64,000 nt of DNA, taken from positions 39,386-103,385 of the forward strand of contig CALVFT010000004.1 of NCBI GenBank assembly GCA_944326915.1. Direction: 5' to 3'. A program made the position numbers and the translations under genes. This DNA is from Candidatus Gastranaerophilales bacterium. GTDB taxonomy: Bacteria; Cyanobacteriota; Vampirovibrionia; Gastranaerophilales; Gastranaerophilaceae. The first letter of the stretch is position 1. Each line of letters begins with the position of its first letter. Shown one piece after another: positions 29,859 to 39,741 of the stretch. Under the pieces are notes generated by a model that did no database searches, was not told the DNA's origin, and worked only from the letters and a program-made list of their open reading frames with translations.

Positions 29859-30713
29859 ATGAGTTTGTTTAACAAAGTTGTATCAGGTATCAGTAAAGGT
29901 GCTTCAGAAATAACAGGTAATTCTGTAAAAAGTCCAACTAGACGTATATGTGGTGGAGGTTGGCAGGTTATGGGACCTCATACAAAAGCTCCTGACACAA
30001 GGACAACTGAACAATTGCTAGATAATATTGATTATTTTGCTCAAAGAAATCCTGAAGTCGCAAAATTTCAACAAGAACTGAAAGAAATGAATCCAAAGCA
30101 TTTAGGGTTAGTTTCAGATATCTGTGAATTAGCAAACTCTACTGAAATGTTGGGTACTTCATTAGATATAAAAGATCCAAGACTAGTTGGAAAAAATGTT
30201 TTTGCAACTTGGATGGAAAAGTTGCCTAAAGCTTCAAAGGAAAATCCTGAAGCAGTTGAACTTGCAAAAGAAGTAATTAATCAAACTGATGATACAGCTT
30301 CAAAATATTTCTTGGCAGCTTATAATGGAATATTAGATCATCCTGAAGCTGCAAGACATATGAGTGCAACAAGACCTTTAGTAAAAGATATTGCAGAGTC
30401 TACTTTAGCAGGTAGCTATACAATGGATTTTTCAAAAGAACAAAAATTTATAAATGCTCTAAATGGTTATATCAGTCCAACAGCTGATGTTGAAAAAATT
30501 GAGTTGATGCCTAATATGTTGAAGACAGCTGGCTCAATTCCTGGAGATGCTGACATTAGAATAGAAGCTTTCCCATTTATTCAGTCAAAAGTCCCTATGA
30601 GCAAAATTAAAGAAAATTTAGAAGTATTTCCTCAAGTTGCCGAAGAATCTTTAAGACAAGGCAAAGATATTAATATGACCGATTTCTTAATGTATAATAC
30701 TAATCTTGATTAA
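29859..30713 (+). CDS. Hypothetical protein
   Basis: 284-aa ORF with AAAGGAAAA upstream and no recognisable motif. The 3' end overlaps the convergent kinase gene by 14 nt. Confidence 0.5.
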   Translation: MSLFNKVVSGISKGASEITGNSVKSPTRRICGGGWQVMGPHTKAPDTRTTEQLLDNIDYFAQRNPEVAKFQQELKEMNPKHLGLVSDICELANSTEMLGTSLDIKDPRLVGKNVFATWMEKLPKASKENPEAVELAKEVINQTDDTASKYFLAAYNGILDHPEAARHMSATRPLVKDIAESTLAGSYTMDFSKEQKFINALNGYISPTADVEKIELMPNMLKTAGSIPGDADIRIEAFPFIQSKVPMSKIKENLEVFPQVAEESLRQGKDINMTDFLMYNTNLD

Positions 30714-32385
30714 TTAACGGTATTACAAAATAGAATTTAGAACCTTTATGAAGCTCACTATCGCACCATATTGTGCCTTGGTGAGCTTCTAATAGTTGTT
30801 TTGCGATAGGAAGTCCAAGTCCTGTACCACCAGCTTTTCTTGATAAGGAGTTTTCTATTTGTGCAAATTTATCGAAAACGTGCAATAAATCTTTTTCTTC
30901 TATTCCAATTCCCTCATCGGTTACACATACCTGAATATAGTTTCCTTTGGCTAATTTTGTTGTTTCTTTAAAACTTTCATTGATATGTATATCGTCAGAA
31001 TTTATAAGAGTTGAAGAAATTTTAATTTTTTTGTTTTCAGGAGTAAATTTAATTGCATTTGATACAAGATTTGTCAATACTTGTTCGAGTCTTTGTGCAT
31101 CTGCATTAATTTTTGGTAAGTCATTCTCTGTTTCTGTTTCTAATATAAGACCTTTTGATTTTGCAACTTCTGACAGAGCTGATTTTACGTAATCTATTAC
31201 TGTGTTAATATTTGTCGGAGCAAAATGAAAATCCATTTTCCCTGCTTCGATTTTGGAAAGATCAAGTAGATCATTAATGATTCCAGAAAGTCTTTGGACG
31301 TTTCTTCTTGCCATCGTTAAGAATTTATCGGCAGCTTGTGTAATTTCTCCACAGCGGCCGCTGAGTAATATATCTAAAGAGTTTTTGATAGATGTTAGTG
31401 GTGTTCTTAACTCATGTGATACTATTGAAATGAATTCAGATTTAAGGCGTTCAAGTCTTTCAAGTTTTTTATTTGTTTCTATAATTTCTTGGTATAAGGT
31501 AGCACTTTTTAGAGGAAGTGATACTTGTTGAGCTATTGTTTGGAAACATGTTGCATCTTCTGCAGAAAATTGCGCTTCTTTAAAAATTTCAATGCATCCG
31601 AAAAAATTTTCTCCAAGACTTATTGGTGCAAACATATTATCAAACTGGAAAAGCGTAAATGTAAATCTGCTTGCAGGGTATTTGATATTTTTTATGACTT
31701 TTAGATTTTCAGGATCTATTTCGAATGGAAGTGTTTTGCCTTCAAATAGTGATTTGTAATTTAATACAGTTCTTAGTTTTATTGCGGCAAGTAGTTCTTC
31801 TGAAATTTCATACAGAGAATTTAAAATAAGTACCGGTTTTTCTTCTGTACAAAAGGATAATGTGCAGGTAAGTGAAAAACTTAAAGTTTTATCAAGCCCC
31901 TCTATCATATAGTTTAGCAATTTAGTTTTGTCAAGAGTTCCTGCAAATTGAGAACTTGTACTGTATAGTGCATTTAGTCTGTAAAGGCTGTCAGCGAGAT
32001 CCTTATTCGTATTAGATAGCATGTCTAGAGAACTTTTCATTCGAAGATTGATATTAATAGTTGATAAAATGATATTCTGTGACATTGTATCTGTAAGAAT
32101 TGCGTTTGCATATTTAACCAAATCTTTTTCAATAGTCTCTGACGCTGTAAGAAGTATAATTATTAGATTGTCTGATAATGATTTAATGTTTTTATTTAGA
32201 GTTTTTAGGTTAATTGATTTTACTTCTGTATCAATAATTATTATGTCTGGAGTATCAACTTTTATTAAATCCATGATATAAGTTTCATCGACGGAGCAAA
32301 AAAGTTCATACATATTCTTATTGAAGAATGATTGATATTCTTCAATTTTTGTTTGTCTATCTGAAACTAATAAAATCTTAACCAT
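30700..32385 (-). CDS. Sensor histidine kinase with N-terminal receiver-like domain and central GAF/PAS-like region
   Basis: H-box ISIVSHELRTPLTSI, N-box LTNLVSNAIKFT, G1 DEGIGI, G2 GGTGLGLPIAKQL. N-terminus KILLVSD...DIIIIDTEV...IILLTAS resembles REC. Confidence 0.85.
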   Translation of the reverse strand: MVKILLVSDRQTKIEEYQSFFNKNMYELFCSVDETYIMDLIKVDTPDIIIIDTEVKSINLKTLNKNIKSLSDNLIIILLTASETIEKDLVKYANAILTDTMSQNIILSTININLRMKSSLDMLSNTNKDLADSLYRLNALYSTSSQFAGTLDKTKLLNYMIEGLDKTLSFSLTCTLSFCTEEKPVLILNSLYEISEELLAAIKLRTVLNYKSLFEGKTLPFEIDPENLKVIKNIKYPASRFTFTLFQFDNMFAPISLGENFFGCIEIFKEAQFSAEDATCFQTIAQQVSLPLKSATLYQEIIETNKKLERLERLKSEFISIVSHELRTPLTSIKNSLDILLSGRCGEITQAADKFLTMARRNVQRLSGIINDLLDLSKIEAGKMDFHFAPTNINTVIDYVKSALSEVAKSKGLILETETENDLPKINADAQRLEQVLTNLVSNAIKFTPENKKIKISSTLINSDDIHINESFKETTKLAKGNYIQVCVTDEGIGIEEKDLLHVFDKFAQIENSLSRKAGGTGLGLPIAKQLLEAHQGTIWCDSELHKGSKFYFVIPLINQD

Positions 32386-32427
32386 ACTATTTATATGGTA
32401 TCAAGAATTATTTAGATAGCAAATTGG

Positions 32428-34644
32428 TTAATTTTTTTTACGCTTTTGATATTTTTGTTTTCCATTTTTGGAATTTCTTTGATGATTATGATTAGGACCG
32501 GCATATGATGTTTGTATACGTTTTACGCTATAAACATCAGGAATAGCTTGGATTGCGAGAATAACTTTTTTCAAAGTTTCTATATTATCAAGTTCCATTC
32601 CTAGTTCTACTATACCGATTTTATTATTTTTTGATTTAACATTAGCGTATGTAATATTTGTATTATTGTCTGATACTGCTGCGATAATATCTTTAAGAAG
32701 TCCCATTTTTTCTGCGGTCTCAACTCTAATAGTTGTAGAGTATGTTTTGCTTGTATTATCTCCTGACCAGTGTATATCCATAAGCCTTTCTGGCTCGATG
32801 TTTTCAAGAGTTTTACAGTCTATTCTGTGGACAGATACTCCTTTAGATCTTGTAACTACTCCTACAATAGGTTCTCCAGGGATTGGTGAACAGCATTTTG
32901 CAATTCCATATAAAAGCCCTTCAAGACCTATAATATCTTTTTCAGATTTTCTTTTTGTTGGAGAATGGAACGTTGATTCTGGAGTTTTATTTGGTGCAGG
33001 TTTTCTTAATTTGTTAACTATTTTATTTAGGGTTGTTTCTCCATATCCTAATGCCGCAAATAAGTCTTCTGCTGATAAATAGTTCATTTGTTTAGCAACT
33101 TTATCAAACTCTCCTTGTTTCATAAAGTCATCAAAAGTTGCTTTAGTAAGTTCATGTTCAAGTGTTGATTTCCCTGCTTCAATATGTTCTTCTCTATTAT
33201 TTTTCTTGAACCATTGTTTGATTTTTGAAGAGGCTTGTTTCGTAACTACAAAATTTAACCAATCAAGTCGTGGAGCAGGGGTTTTGGATGTTAAAATTTC
33301 AACGATGTCGCCATTATGGAGTTTTGTATCAAGCTGAGCAATTCTGCCATTAACTAGTGCTCCGACTGTTTTGTGACCGACTTCAGAGTGTATTCTGTAT
33401 GCGAAATCAACAGGTGTTGCATTAATTGGCAAATCAAACACGTCACCATTAGGTGTAAAAGCAAATACTTGGTCTGAGAATAGGTCAAGTTTAACAGAAT
33501 TTACATAATCCTCTGCATTGGTCATATCTTTGTCATATTCAACCAATTTTCTCATCCAAGAGAATTGCATATCTGTCGGATTATTTGCTTTTTGAGAACC
33601 TTTTTCTTTATACCTCCAGTGAGCTGCAACCCCATATTCTGCAACTTCATGCATTTCCCAAGTTCTGATTTGAACCTCTAGAGGTTTTGATTTTGGACCG
33701 ATTACAGATGTGTGCAAGGATTGGTACATGTTACCTTTTGGCATTGCAATGTAATCTTTAAACCTGCCAGGAATTGGTTTGAATTGCGAGTGTATTAGTC
33801 CTAATACTTCATAGCATTCTTTTTCTGTATCAACAATTACCCTTACTGCTGTGATATCATATAGGTCATGAAAAGCTATATTTAATCGTTTCATTTTGCT
33901 GTATATACTGTAATAATGCTTTGCACGTCCTGTAATTTGAGCATTTATTCCGGCTTTTTTTACATCAGCAGTAATTTTGTCAATAAGGATTTTTACTGTA
34001 GCTTCTCTGTCAGCTTTTGTCTGTGAAACTAATCTTGCAATTTCAAAGTATTTATCAGGTTCTAAATATCTCAAAGATAAATCTTCTAGTTCTGCTTTTA
34101 TTTTATAAATCCCTAAACGGTTCGCAAGAGGTGCAAAAATATCAAGTGTTTCTCTTGCTATTTTTTGTTGTTTATTTGCAGCCATAAAATTTAGAGTTCG
34201 CATATTATGCAAACGGTCTGCAAGTTTCAAAAACACTATCCTGATATCGCTAGCCATTGCGATAAAGAGTCTTCTGAAGTTTTCAGCTTGACGTTCTTCT
34301 TTTGACTTAAATTGAAGTTTTCCAAGTTTAGTTACTCCCTGTACTAGAGTAAGAACATCTTTGCCAAAACGTTTTTCTATTTCTTCAGGTTGTGTATCTG
34401 TATCTTCTAAAATATCATGCAAAAATGCAGCAATCAGCGTATGTGTGTCCACTTTTAAATCCACAAGAATTTTAGCAACTTCAACAGGGTGAATAATATA
34501 TGGTTCCTCTGATATTCTATATTGTCCCTCATGAAGTTTTTTTGCAAATAAATATGCTTGCTCAATCAGTTCAATATCTTCTTCTTCTCTGTTTTGTTCT
34601 ATTAATTTTTGTTTAATTTCATTAAAAAGTGGTTTTTCTGACAT
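32428..34644 (-). CDS. rel: Bifunctional (p)ppGpp synthetase/hydrolase (RelA/SpoT homolog)
   Basis: HD hydrolase HPVEVAKIL...AAFLHDILEDT, a synthetase block (YRSLHT-type region reads YQSLHTSV), then TGS and ACT-like C-terminal regions; 738 aa. Confidence 0.95.
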   Translation of the reverse strand: MSEKPLFNEIKQKLIEQNREEEDIELIEQAYLFAKKLHEGQYRISEEPYIIHPVEVAKILVDLKVDTHTLIAAFLHDILEDTDTQPEEIEKRFGKDVLTLVQGVTKLGKLQFKSKEERQAENFRRLFIAMASDIRIVFLKLADRLHNMRTLNFMAANKQQKIARETLDIFAPLANRLGIYKIKAELEDLSLRYLEPDKYFEIARLVSQTKADREATVKILIDKITADVKKAGINAQITGRAKHYYSIYSKMKRLNIAFHDLYDITAVRVIVDTEKECYEVLGLIHSQFKPIPGRFKDYIAMPKGNMYQSLHTSVIGPKSKPLEVQIRTWEMHEVAEYGVAAHWRYKEKGSQKANNPTDMQFSWMRKLVEYDKDMTNAEDYVNSVKLDLFSDQVFAFTPNGDVFDLPINATPVDFAYRIHSEVGHKTVGALVNGRIAQLDTKLHNGDIVEILTSKTPAPRLDWLNFVVTKQASSKIKQWFKKNNREEHIEAGKSTLEHELTKATFDDFMKQGEFDKVAKQMNYLSAEDLFAALGYGETTLNKIVNKLRKPAPNKTPESTFHSPTKRKSEKDIIGLEGLLYGIAKCCSPIPGEPIVGVVTRSKGVSVHRIDCKTLENIEPERLMDIHWSGDNTSKTYSTTIRVETAEKMGLLKDIIAAVSDNNTNITYANVKSKNNKIGIVELGMELDNIETLKKVILAIQAIPDVYSVKRIQTSYAGPNHNHQRNSKNGKQKYQKRKKN

Positions 34645-34719
34645 GATATAATCATAATACAGATTTTATTTCTAATTTTCAAGTAAAATAATTCAATATC
34701 ATTCATAAGGACTAATATC

Positions 34720-35010
34720 ATGTTGAAAGAATCAAAAGATGGAATAATTTTGCAACTTAGAATTTCTCCAAATGCAAGTAAAAATGAAATTATTAGAACT
34801 GAAGAAATTTTAAAAGTGAAAATAACAGCTCAACCTATTGATGGCAAGGCTAATAAGGCGTTAATTGAGTTTTTGTCTAAGAGTTTTAAAATTCCAAAAT
34901 CATCTATTGAAATCTTAAAAGGAGAAACTTCCAAAGATAAAACAATTTTGATTAAGACTTTTGATAGAGAGAAAATAGAAAAAATTTATGAAATCTGTAA
35001 ATTAATGTAA
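34720..35010 (+). CDS. YggU/DUF167 family protein
   Basis: 96 aa. LQLRISPNASKNEI...AQPIDGKANKALIEFLSK matches the DUF167 pattern. Confidence 0.75.
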   Translation: MLKESKDGIILQLRISPNASKNEIIRTEEILKVKITAQPIDGKANKALIEFLSKSFKIPKSSIEILKGETSKDKTILIKTFDREKIEKIYEICKLM

Positions 35011-35108
35011 ATTGTTAGTGAACTTGTATCAAATTTTTTATTCATAGATCTTATTTATGTATGACTTGAAAAAAAATTTTATTATTGTTAGGATTATGTA
35101 AGGAAATT

Positions 35109-35180
35109 ATGAAAAATTTTAGTTCTTTAAAATTACATCATACTCATCATCATAGCGTCCTTGGAAGGCTATGGAGTTGA
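35109..35180 (+). CDS. Candidate 23-codon His-rich leader peptide (uORF)
   Basis: AAGGAA RBS, ATG at 35109, product MKNFSSLKLHHTHHHSVLGRLWS, stop at 35178-35180. The 3' end overlaps one arm of a 14-bp helix. Confidence 0.3.
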   Translation: MKNFSSLKLHHTHHHSVLGRLWS

Positions 35181-35292
35181 TGTTGTGCGTTTTTAAAGAA
35201 AATTAAGTTTAAATTCAATTCTGTTAAATAGCCTTTCAGGGATATGTAGAACGCATCGAAAGGTATTTAGTAAAGAATTGGAGAAAAAAGAA

Positions 35293-36555
35293 ATGACATT
35301 TACAAGTATAATATCAGCCGTAGGTAATAATAATAGCATATACCCTCTTATAGTAAGGGATTGTGGAATTGAGGTCCCATCAAAGATTCTTTTGACATAT
35401 AACCAAAATAAAAAAGAATCGAAAGCTGTTGCAAAACTTGCAGCTAGAGAAAGATTTTTGGATGAGTATGCTACTTCTGCAGTTTGGTTAGGTGGTATTC
35501 CTTTGGTGGATGGGGTATGTAATTATTTAATAAAGAAAAAAGGTTTTAATCCGAATGTTAACTTGAAATTATTTAAAGAAGATGATTCTCAAGGGATAGA
35601 TTTAAATATTAATAAATTCAAAGGTAAAGTTTCTCAAAATATTATTGATGATTTAGAAAAAGTAAAAGCTAATAAAGGTTTGTATGAAAAGTTATTGTCT
35701 GCAAAATTTGTAGCATCTACAGCTATTCCTGTCTTGTTTATGGGCTTTATCTTGCCTAAGCTAATATTTGCTTCATCTGCAAAAAAAATTGCAGCACAAA
35801 GGGCTAAAGAAGCTGCTCAGTCTAAGGATACTTTTGACAAATCTAATTCTTCAGTTGATTTAAAAACACCAAGTTTTACGGGCGGGTTTGCGTCAACTGT
35901 AGCCAATTTTTCAACAGTAAATAAGATGGCAGTAACTGATGGAGGATATGCAGTAGGAAGAGTTGCTACTGCAAGAAATAAAAATGAAAGACTTGATATC
36001 TCATTTAAAATGCTTGGTATGATGTTTTTAAATTTTGTCGCTCCAAAATACATAGAAAAATTCTTTAATAAATTGTCTGGTTTGCAGTTAGATCCTTTGA
36101 TGTTGGAAGATAAAGAATTTTTGGATGCTATAAAAAATAAGGCATTAAATTTACCAAAGACTGATAATCCAAAAGAACTTCTTGAATATATAGATAACAA
36201 TCCTAAGAGTCTTTTTGCAAAATATGCAGAAAAAGCAGGTAAGATTAAATTCTTAGAAAACGGTGTAAGAGATCCACGTTGCTATGTTGATACAAAGGAT
36301 TTATTAGATTTTCGAAATAATATAAAAGATTTTGTAAAAAAAGCAATTGATTCAGGAGATGTTACAAAATACGCTAAAAACTCAAAAATAGGTAAATCTT
36401 TAACAATTCTTGCAAATGTCGGAATAAGTAGTGCTTTATTAGCCTATGCGTTACCAAAAGCGCAATTTGCTTTCAGAAAAATTGTTACAGGTTCAGATTT
36501 AGAGCCTGGTTTAGCTCCTGCGGAAAGAATTCTTGATAAAAATAAAGAGATGTAA
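35293..36555 (+). CDS. Hypothetical membrane-associated protein
   Basis: GGAG at 35280 and ATG at 35293. Hydrophobic segments FVASTAIPVLFMGFILPKLIFA and LTILANVGISSALLAYALP. Contains PSFTGGFAS. No known family recognised. Confidence 0.55.
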   Translation: MTFTSIISAVGNNNSIYPLIVRDCGIEVPSKILLTYNQNKKESKAVAKLAARERFLDEYATSAVWLGGIPLVDGVCNYLIKKKGFNPNVNLKLFKEDDSQGIDLNINKFKGKVSQNIIDDLEKVKANKGLYEKLLSAKFVASTAIPVLFMGFILPKLIFASSAKKIAAQRAKEAAQSKDTFDKSNSSVDLKTPSFTGGFASTVANFSTVNKMAVTDGGYAVGRVATARNKNERLDISFKMLGMMFLNFVAPKYIEKFFNKLSGLQLDPLMLEDKEFLDAIKNKALNLPKTDNPKELLEYIDNNPKSLFAKYAEKAGKIKFLENGVRDPRCYVDTKDLLDFRNNIKDFVKKAIDSGDVTKYAKNSKIGKSLTILANVGISSALLAYALPKAQFAFRKIVTGSDLEPGLAPAERILDKNKEM

Positions 36556-36576
36556 TGAAACATCTCTTTATTTTTA
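36544..36576. terminator. Rho-independent terminator between convergent genes
   Basis: AAAGAGATG / CATCTCTTT stem with an 8-nt loop, followed by ATTTTT. Confidence 0.6.
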
Positions 36577-36596
36577 TATTTAAGTTTTATTTTCTT

Positions 36597-37250
36597 CTAT
36601 ACAGTAGCTAATTCTTTGTTAATGAATTCTACTTTGTTATCTTCAAAATGGTTTACATCTGGAAGAATTGTATCTTTGATGTTTTTCAAGTCTTCTTTCA
36701 TAAGTCTTCTAGGAGAACCTTCATCTAGTGAGTGATTTCTCAATAGGTATGATGGATGGAAAATAGTCATAGCTTTGTAATCTTTTCCATCAACATTGAT
36801 AGTCATCCATTGACCTCTTACTTTTGAAATAGTTTGTTTTTTATCAAGATTAACAAAAGATTTCAATGCAGTAGCACCACACAATATTATTGCTCTAGGG
36901 TTGATAATATCAACTTGAGCATTTAAGAATTTTCTGCACTCAGCTTTTTCAGAATCTTCTGGAACTCTGTTTTGAGGAGGTCTGCATTTAACTGTATTAA
37001 TTATATACAAGTCTTCATCTCTTGATATTCCTGCTTCTGCAAGGAAATCATTTAATAATTGACCTGCACGACCAACAAATGGTTTTCCGCTTTCATCTTC
37101 CATCTCCCCTGGTGCTTCGCCGATAAGTACAATTTTAGCTGTTTCAGGATTTCCGTCAGAGAAAACAATATTTTTTCTTGTTTTTCCAAGAGCGCATGCA
37201 GTACATTTTTCACATTTAGATTGTACTATCTCCAAGCAACTTTTCTTCAT
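36597..37250 (-). CDS. Uracil-DNA glycosylase, family 4
   Basis: N-terminal Cys cluster CEKCTAC and the motif GEAPGEMEDESGKPFVGRAGQLL; HPSYLLR near the C-terminus; 217 aa. Confidence 0.85.
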   Translation of the reverse strand: MKKSCLEIVQSKCEKCTACALGKTRKNIVFSDGNPETAKIVLIGEAPGEMEDESGKPFVGRAGQLLNDFLAEAGISRDEDLYIINTVKCRPPQNRVPEDSEKAECRKFLNAQVDIINPRAIILCGATALKSFVNLDKKQTISKVRGQWMTINVDGKDYKAMTIFHPSYLLRNHSLDEGSPRRLMKEDLKNIKDTILPDVNHFEDNKVEFINKELATV

Positions 37251-38733
37251 CTTCTTCTCTCTCCTCTATGTTGTTATGTTTAAATAAACCTACATCATAC
37301 TTTTTACAATATCTTTTCAATTCTTTCATAATTACGTCTGATAACATAAATACTGCTATTAAGTTTGGCACAGCCAAGAATAATGTAAATGCATCAGATA
37401 GATTAATTATGCTTTTAAAGTTCATGGCAGAACCTATAATTATGAATATACAATATATAACCTGAAAAGTTCTAGTTGTCAATTTTGTTTCGCCAAATAA
37501 ATAATTCCAAGCTTTAATTCCGTAATATGAGCCACACAGCATAGTTGACAGCACAAAGCAACTTGCCATAAAAGTTAACAATATAGGGAAAAACGGACAA
37601 ACTGAACCAAAAGCTTTTGATGTCAATTCAATACCAGCAATTCCTGTATAGTTTAAGTAAGCCCCTGAAACTACTATTACAAAAGCTGTTGCAGTGCCTA
37701 CAATAACTGTATCTACAAAAGGTTGAAGCATGGCAATAAATGCTTGAGATACCGGGTTGTTTGTTTTTACTGCAGAAAAAGCTATTGGTGCAGTCCCAAG
37801 CCCTGCTTCGTTTGCAAACATTGCACGTCTAAATCCCCAAAGCATACAAGCAAAAGCTCCACCTGTCATTGCTCTAGGGGAAAATGCTTCTTTTATAATA
37901 ATAGCTATTGTATGTGGAACATGGTGAATATTTAGTACACAAACTGCAAAGGCAGTAAGTACATATAAACTACACATAACCGGTGTTACTTTTGATGTAA
38001 ATTTTCCTATAGCTTTAATTCCACCAATAATAGTAAAATAAGTGATGACTGCAACAATAAGACCTAGTAACCAACTTTGGTTTGCGAAAAAGCTATTTTC
38101 TCCACCTGTAACTTCTGTTATTTGAGTAGTCATTGCATTAATTTGGAAAAGATTCCAACCGCCAATCATTGCAAAAACACAACATATTGCATATATTTTA
38201 GATAAATAAGGTGCTAACTTTCCTATATATTTGTTTTTGCTAAGAGTAGCTTCTATATAATACATAGGTCCACCGGCGATAGTTCCGTCAGGATTAACTT
38301 TTCTAAATTTTAGTCCTAATAGGACTTCAGCAAATTTTAAAGCCATAGAGAAAAATCCTGCCATAATCATCCAAAAAATAACACCAGGCCCACCTACAGA
38401 CACAGCTGCTGCTGAGCCTGCAACATTACCAATTCCTGCTGAAGCTGAGATTGTTGCAGTTAGTGCTTGGAAGGATGAAACTTCGCCTCTTTTTTTCTTT
38501 TTAATTACATCTTTATGTTCGTAATTTTTCGTTATTAATTTTATTGCATGTTTAAATCCCCAAATCCCGATAAATCTTGTTCTAAAAGTAAAATAGAACG
38601 CAGCAGTCATTAGTAGGGCTACCAAAAATTCAATCTTAACTCCATGTACAGTAACTGAACTGAATATTATCCCTGAAATTTTATCGGCTATAGGTGATAA
38701 AAAAGTATCTATTGCACTATCTAAATTCATCAC
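37216..38733 (-). CDS. alsT: Alanine/glycine:cation symporter (AGCS family)
   Basis: SSFQALTATISASAGIGNVAGSAAAVSVGGPGVIFWM signature. 505 aa, multi-TM. The 3' end overlaps the UDG start by 35 nt. Confidence 0.9.
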   Translation of the reverse strand: MMNLDSAIDTFLSPIADKISGIIFSSVTVHGVKIEFLVALLMTAAFYFTFRTRFIGIWGFKHAIKLITKNYEHKDVIKKKKRGEVSSFQALTATISASAGIGNVAGSAAAVSVGGPGVIFWMIMAGFFSMALKFAEVLLGLKFRKVNPDGTIAGGPMYYIEATLSKNKYIGKLAPYLSKIYAICCVFAMIGGWNLFQINAMTTQITEVTGGENSFFANQSWLLGLIVAVITYFTIIGGIKAIGKFTSKVTPVMCSLYVLTAFAVCVLNIHHVPHTIAIIIKEAFSPRAMTGGAFACMLWGFRRAMFANEAGLGTAPIAFSAVKTNNPVSQAFIAMLQPFVDTVIVGTATAFVIVVSGAYLNYTGIAGIELTSKAFGSVCPFFPILLTFMASCFVLSTMLCGSYYGIKAWNYLFGETKLTTRTFQVIYCIFIIIGSAMNFKSIINLSDAFTLFLAVPNLIAVFMLSDVIMKELKRYCKKYDVGLFKHNNIEEREEDEEKLLGDSTI

Positions 38734-38793
38734 TATAATTATAATACAAACAAGAAAGATTACATAAAATCTATAATCTTATATGTTATCTTG

Positions 38794-39570
38794 TTAAGAA
38801 ACAGCAACTTTTTGATTAGATTTTGCAAAGTTTACCAAAGCTTTAAAGACTATTGGATTAAGTTTACCATCTTTTACGTCAGCATAGATTATTGTCAAAG
38901 CCTGTTTTGCTGACATTGGATCCTTATAGGCTCTTTTTTCTGTGAGTGCAGAGTATTTATCCGCTACAGATAATATTTGTAAATTTATATCTGCAGTGAA
39001 ATCATTACTAACCCAAGGGTATCCTGTTTTTTTAGCGTTTTGATGGTGATTTCTGACAAGGTTTAGGGTTGTTTGATCAAGACCTGTAGTCTTAAGTAAT
39101 TCATAACCTAGTTCAGAATGCTTGTGCATAATTTCTGTTTCTTTAGCATCAAGTTTGCCATTTTTATTTAATATTTCTTTTGGAATTAGAACTTTTCCCA
39201 TATCATGTAGATATGCTGCATCTTTTAATGCCTTTTTATTAACCTTTGAACTTAATGAAAATGGTAAGTTTTCACTTATTCCTATTGCAATATTTTGTAC
39301 ATCTGTAGCATGGTTTGCAAGTAATTCCTTAAAATCATCCATATTTAAAACAAGAGGAATATTACTGTTTTTTAGAATATTTTTTACTTTTGGATTCGCA
39401 ATAATCATTTTTTTTATTGCTGTTTCTGATGTATATTTTTCAGGTCCGCTTTTTTCAAAAGTATCTTCAGCTAAATAATTCCCGAAGTTTGTTTGATACC
39501 TGTTCGGATTAAAGTTGATATTCGGAGTAATTCCGCTAATACCAAGCGGTCTGAATATTTCTATTCCCAT
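38794..39570 (-). CDS. HD-GYP domain protein (putative cyclic-di-GMP phosphodiesterase)
   Basis: AAYLHDMGKVLIP (HD) and HHQNAKKTGYPW (GYP). Unrelated ~90-aa N-terminal extension; 258 aa. Confidence 0.75.
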   Translation of the reverse strand: MGIEIFRPLGISGITPNINFNPNRYQTNFGNYLAEDTFEKSGPEKYTSETAIKKMIIANPKVKNILKNSNIPLVLNMDDFKELLANHATDVQNIAIGISENLPFSLSSKVNKKALKDAAYLHDMGKVLIPKEILNKNGKLDAKETEIMHKHSELGYELLKTTGLDQTTLNLVRNHHQNAKKTGYPWVSNDFTADINLQILSVADKYSALTEKRAYKDPMSAKQALTIIYADVKDGKLNPIVFKALVNFAKSNQKVAVS

Positions 39571-39741
39571 CTACAATTGCACACTAATAATTATAACTAC
39601 ACTACCTATGTATTAATAAAGTATTTTTTTATTTTGAAATTGCTTTGTTATATTAGCCATGTGTACAATTTTTAACAAATTTTGATAAATAATTTATAAA
39701 GATACATAAAAATTTATTTATTGCGTGATAAAATAAAAACT

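Noticed and set aside
37216-37250. Gene overlaps as frameshift or pseudogene signs: 35 nt for alsT/UDG, and 23 nt at 41284-41306 for rne and the membrane ORF
   Set aside because: Both partners are full length with intact family motifs up to their termini. Same-strand overlaps of this size are compatible with translational coupling.
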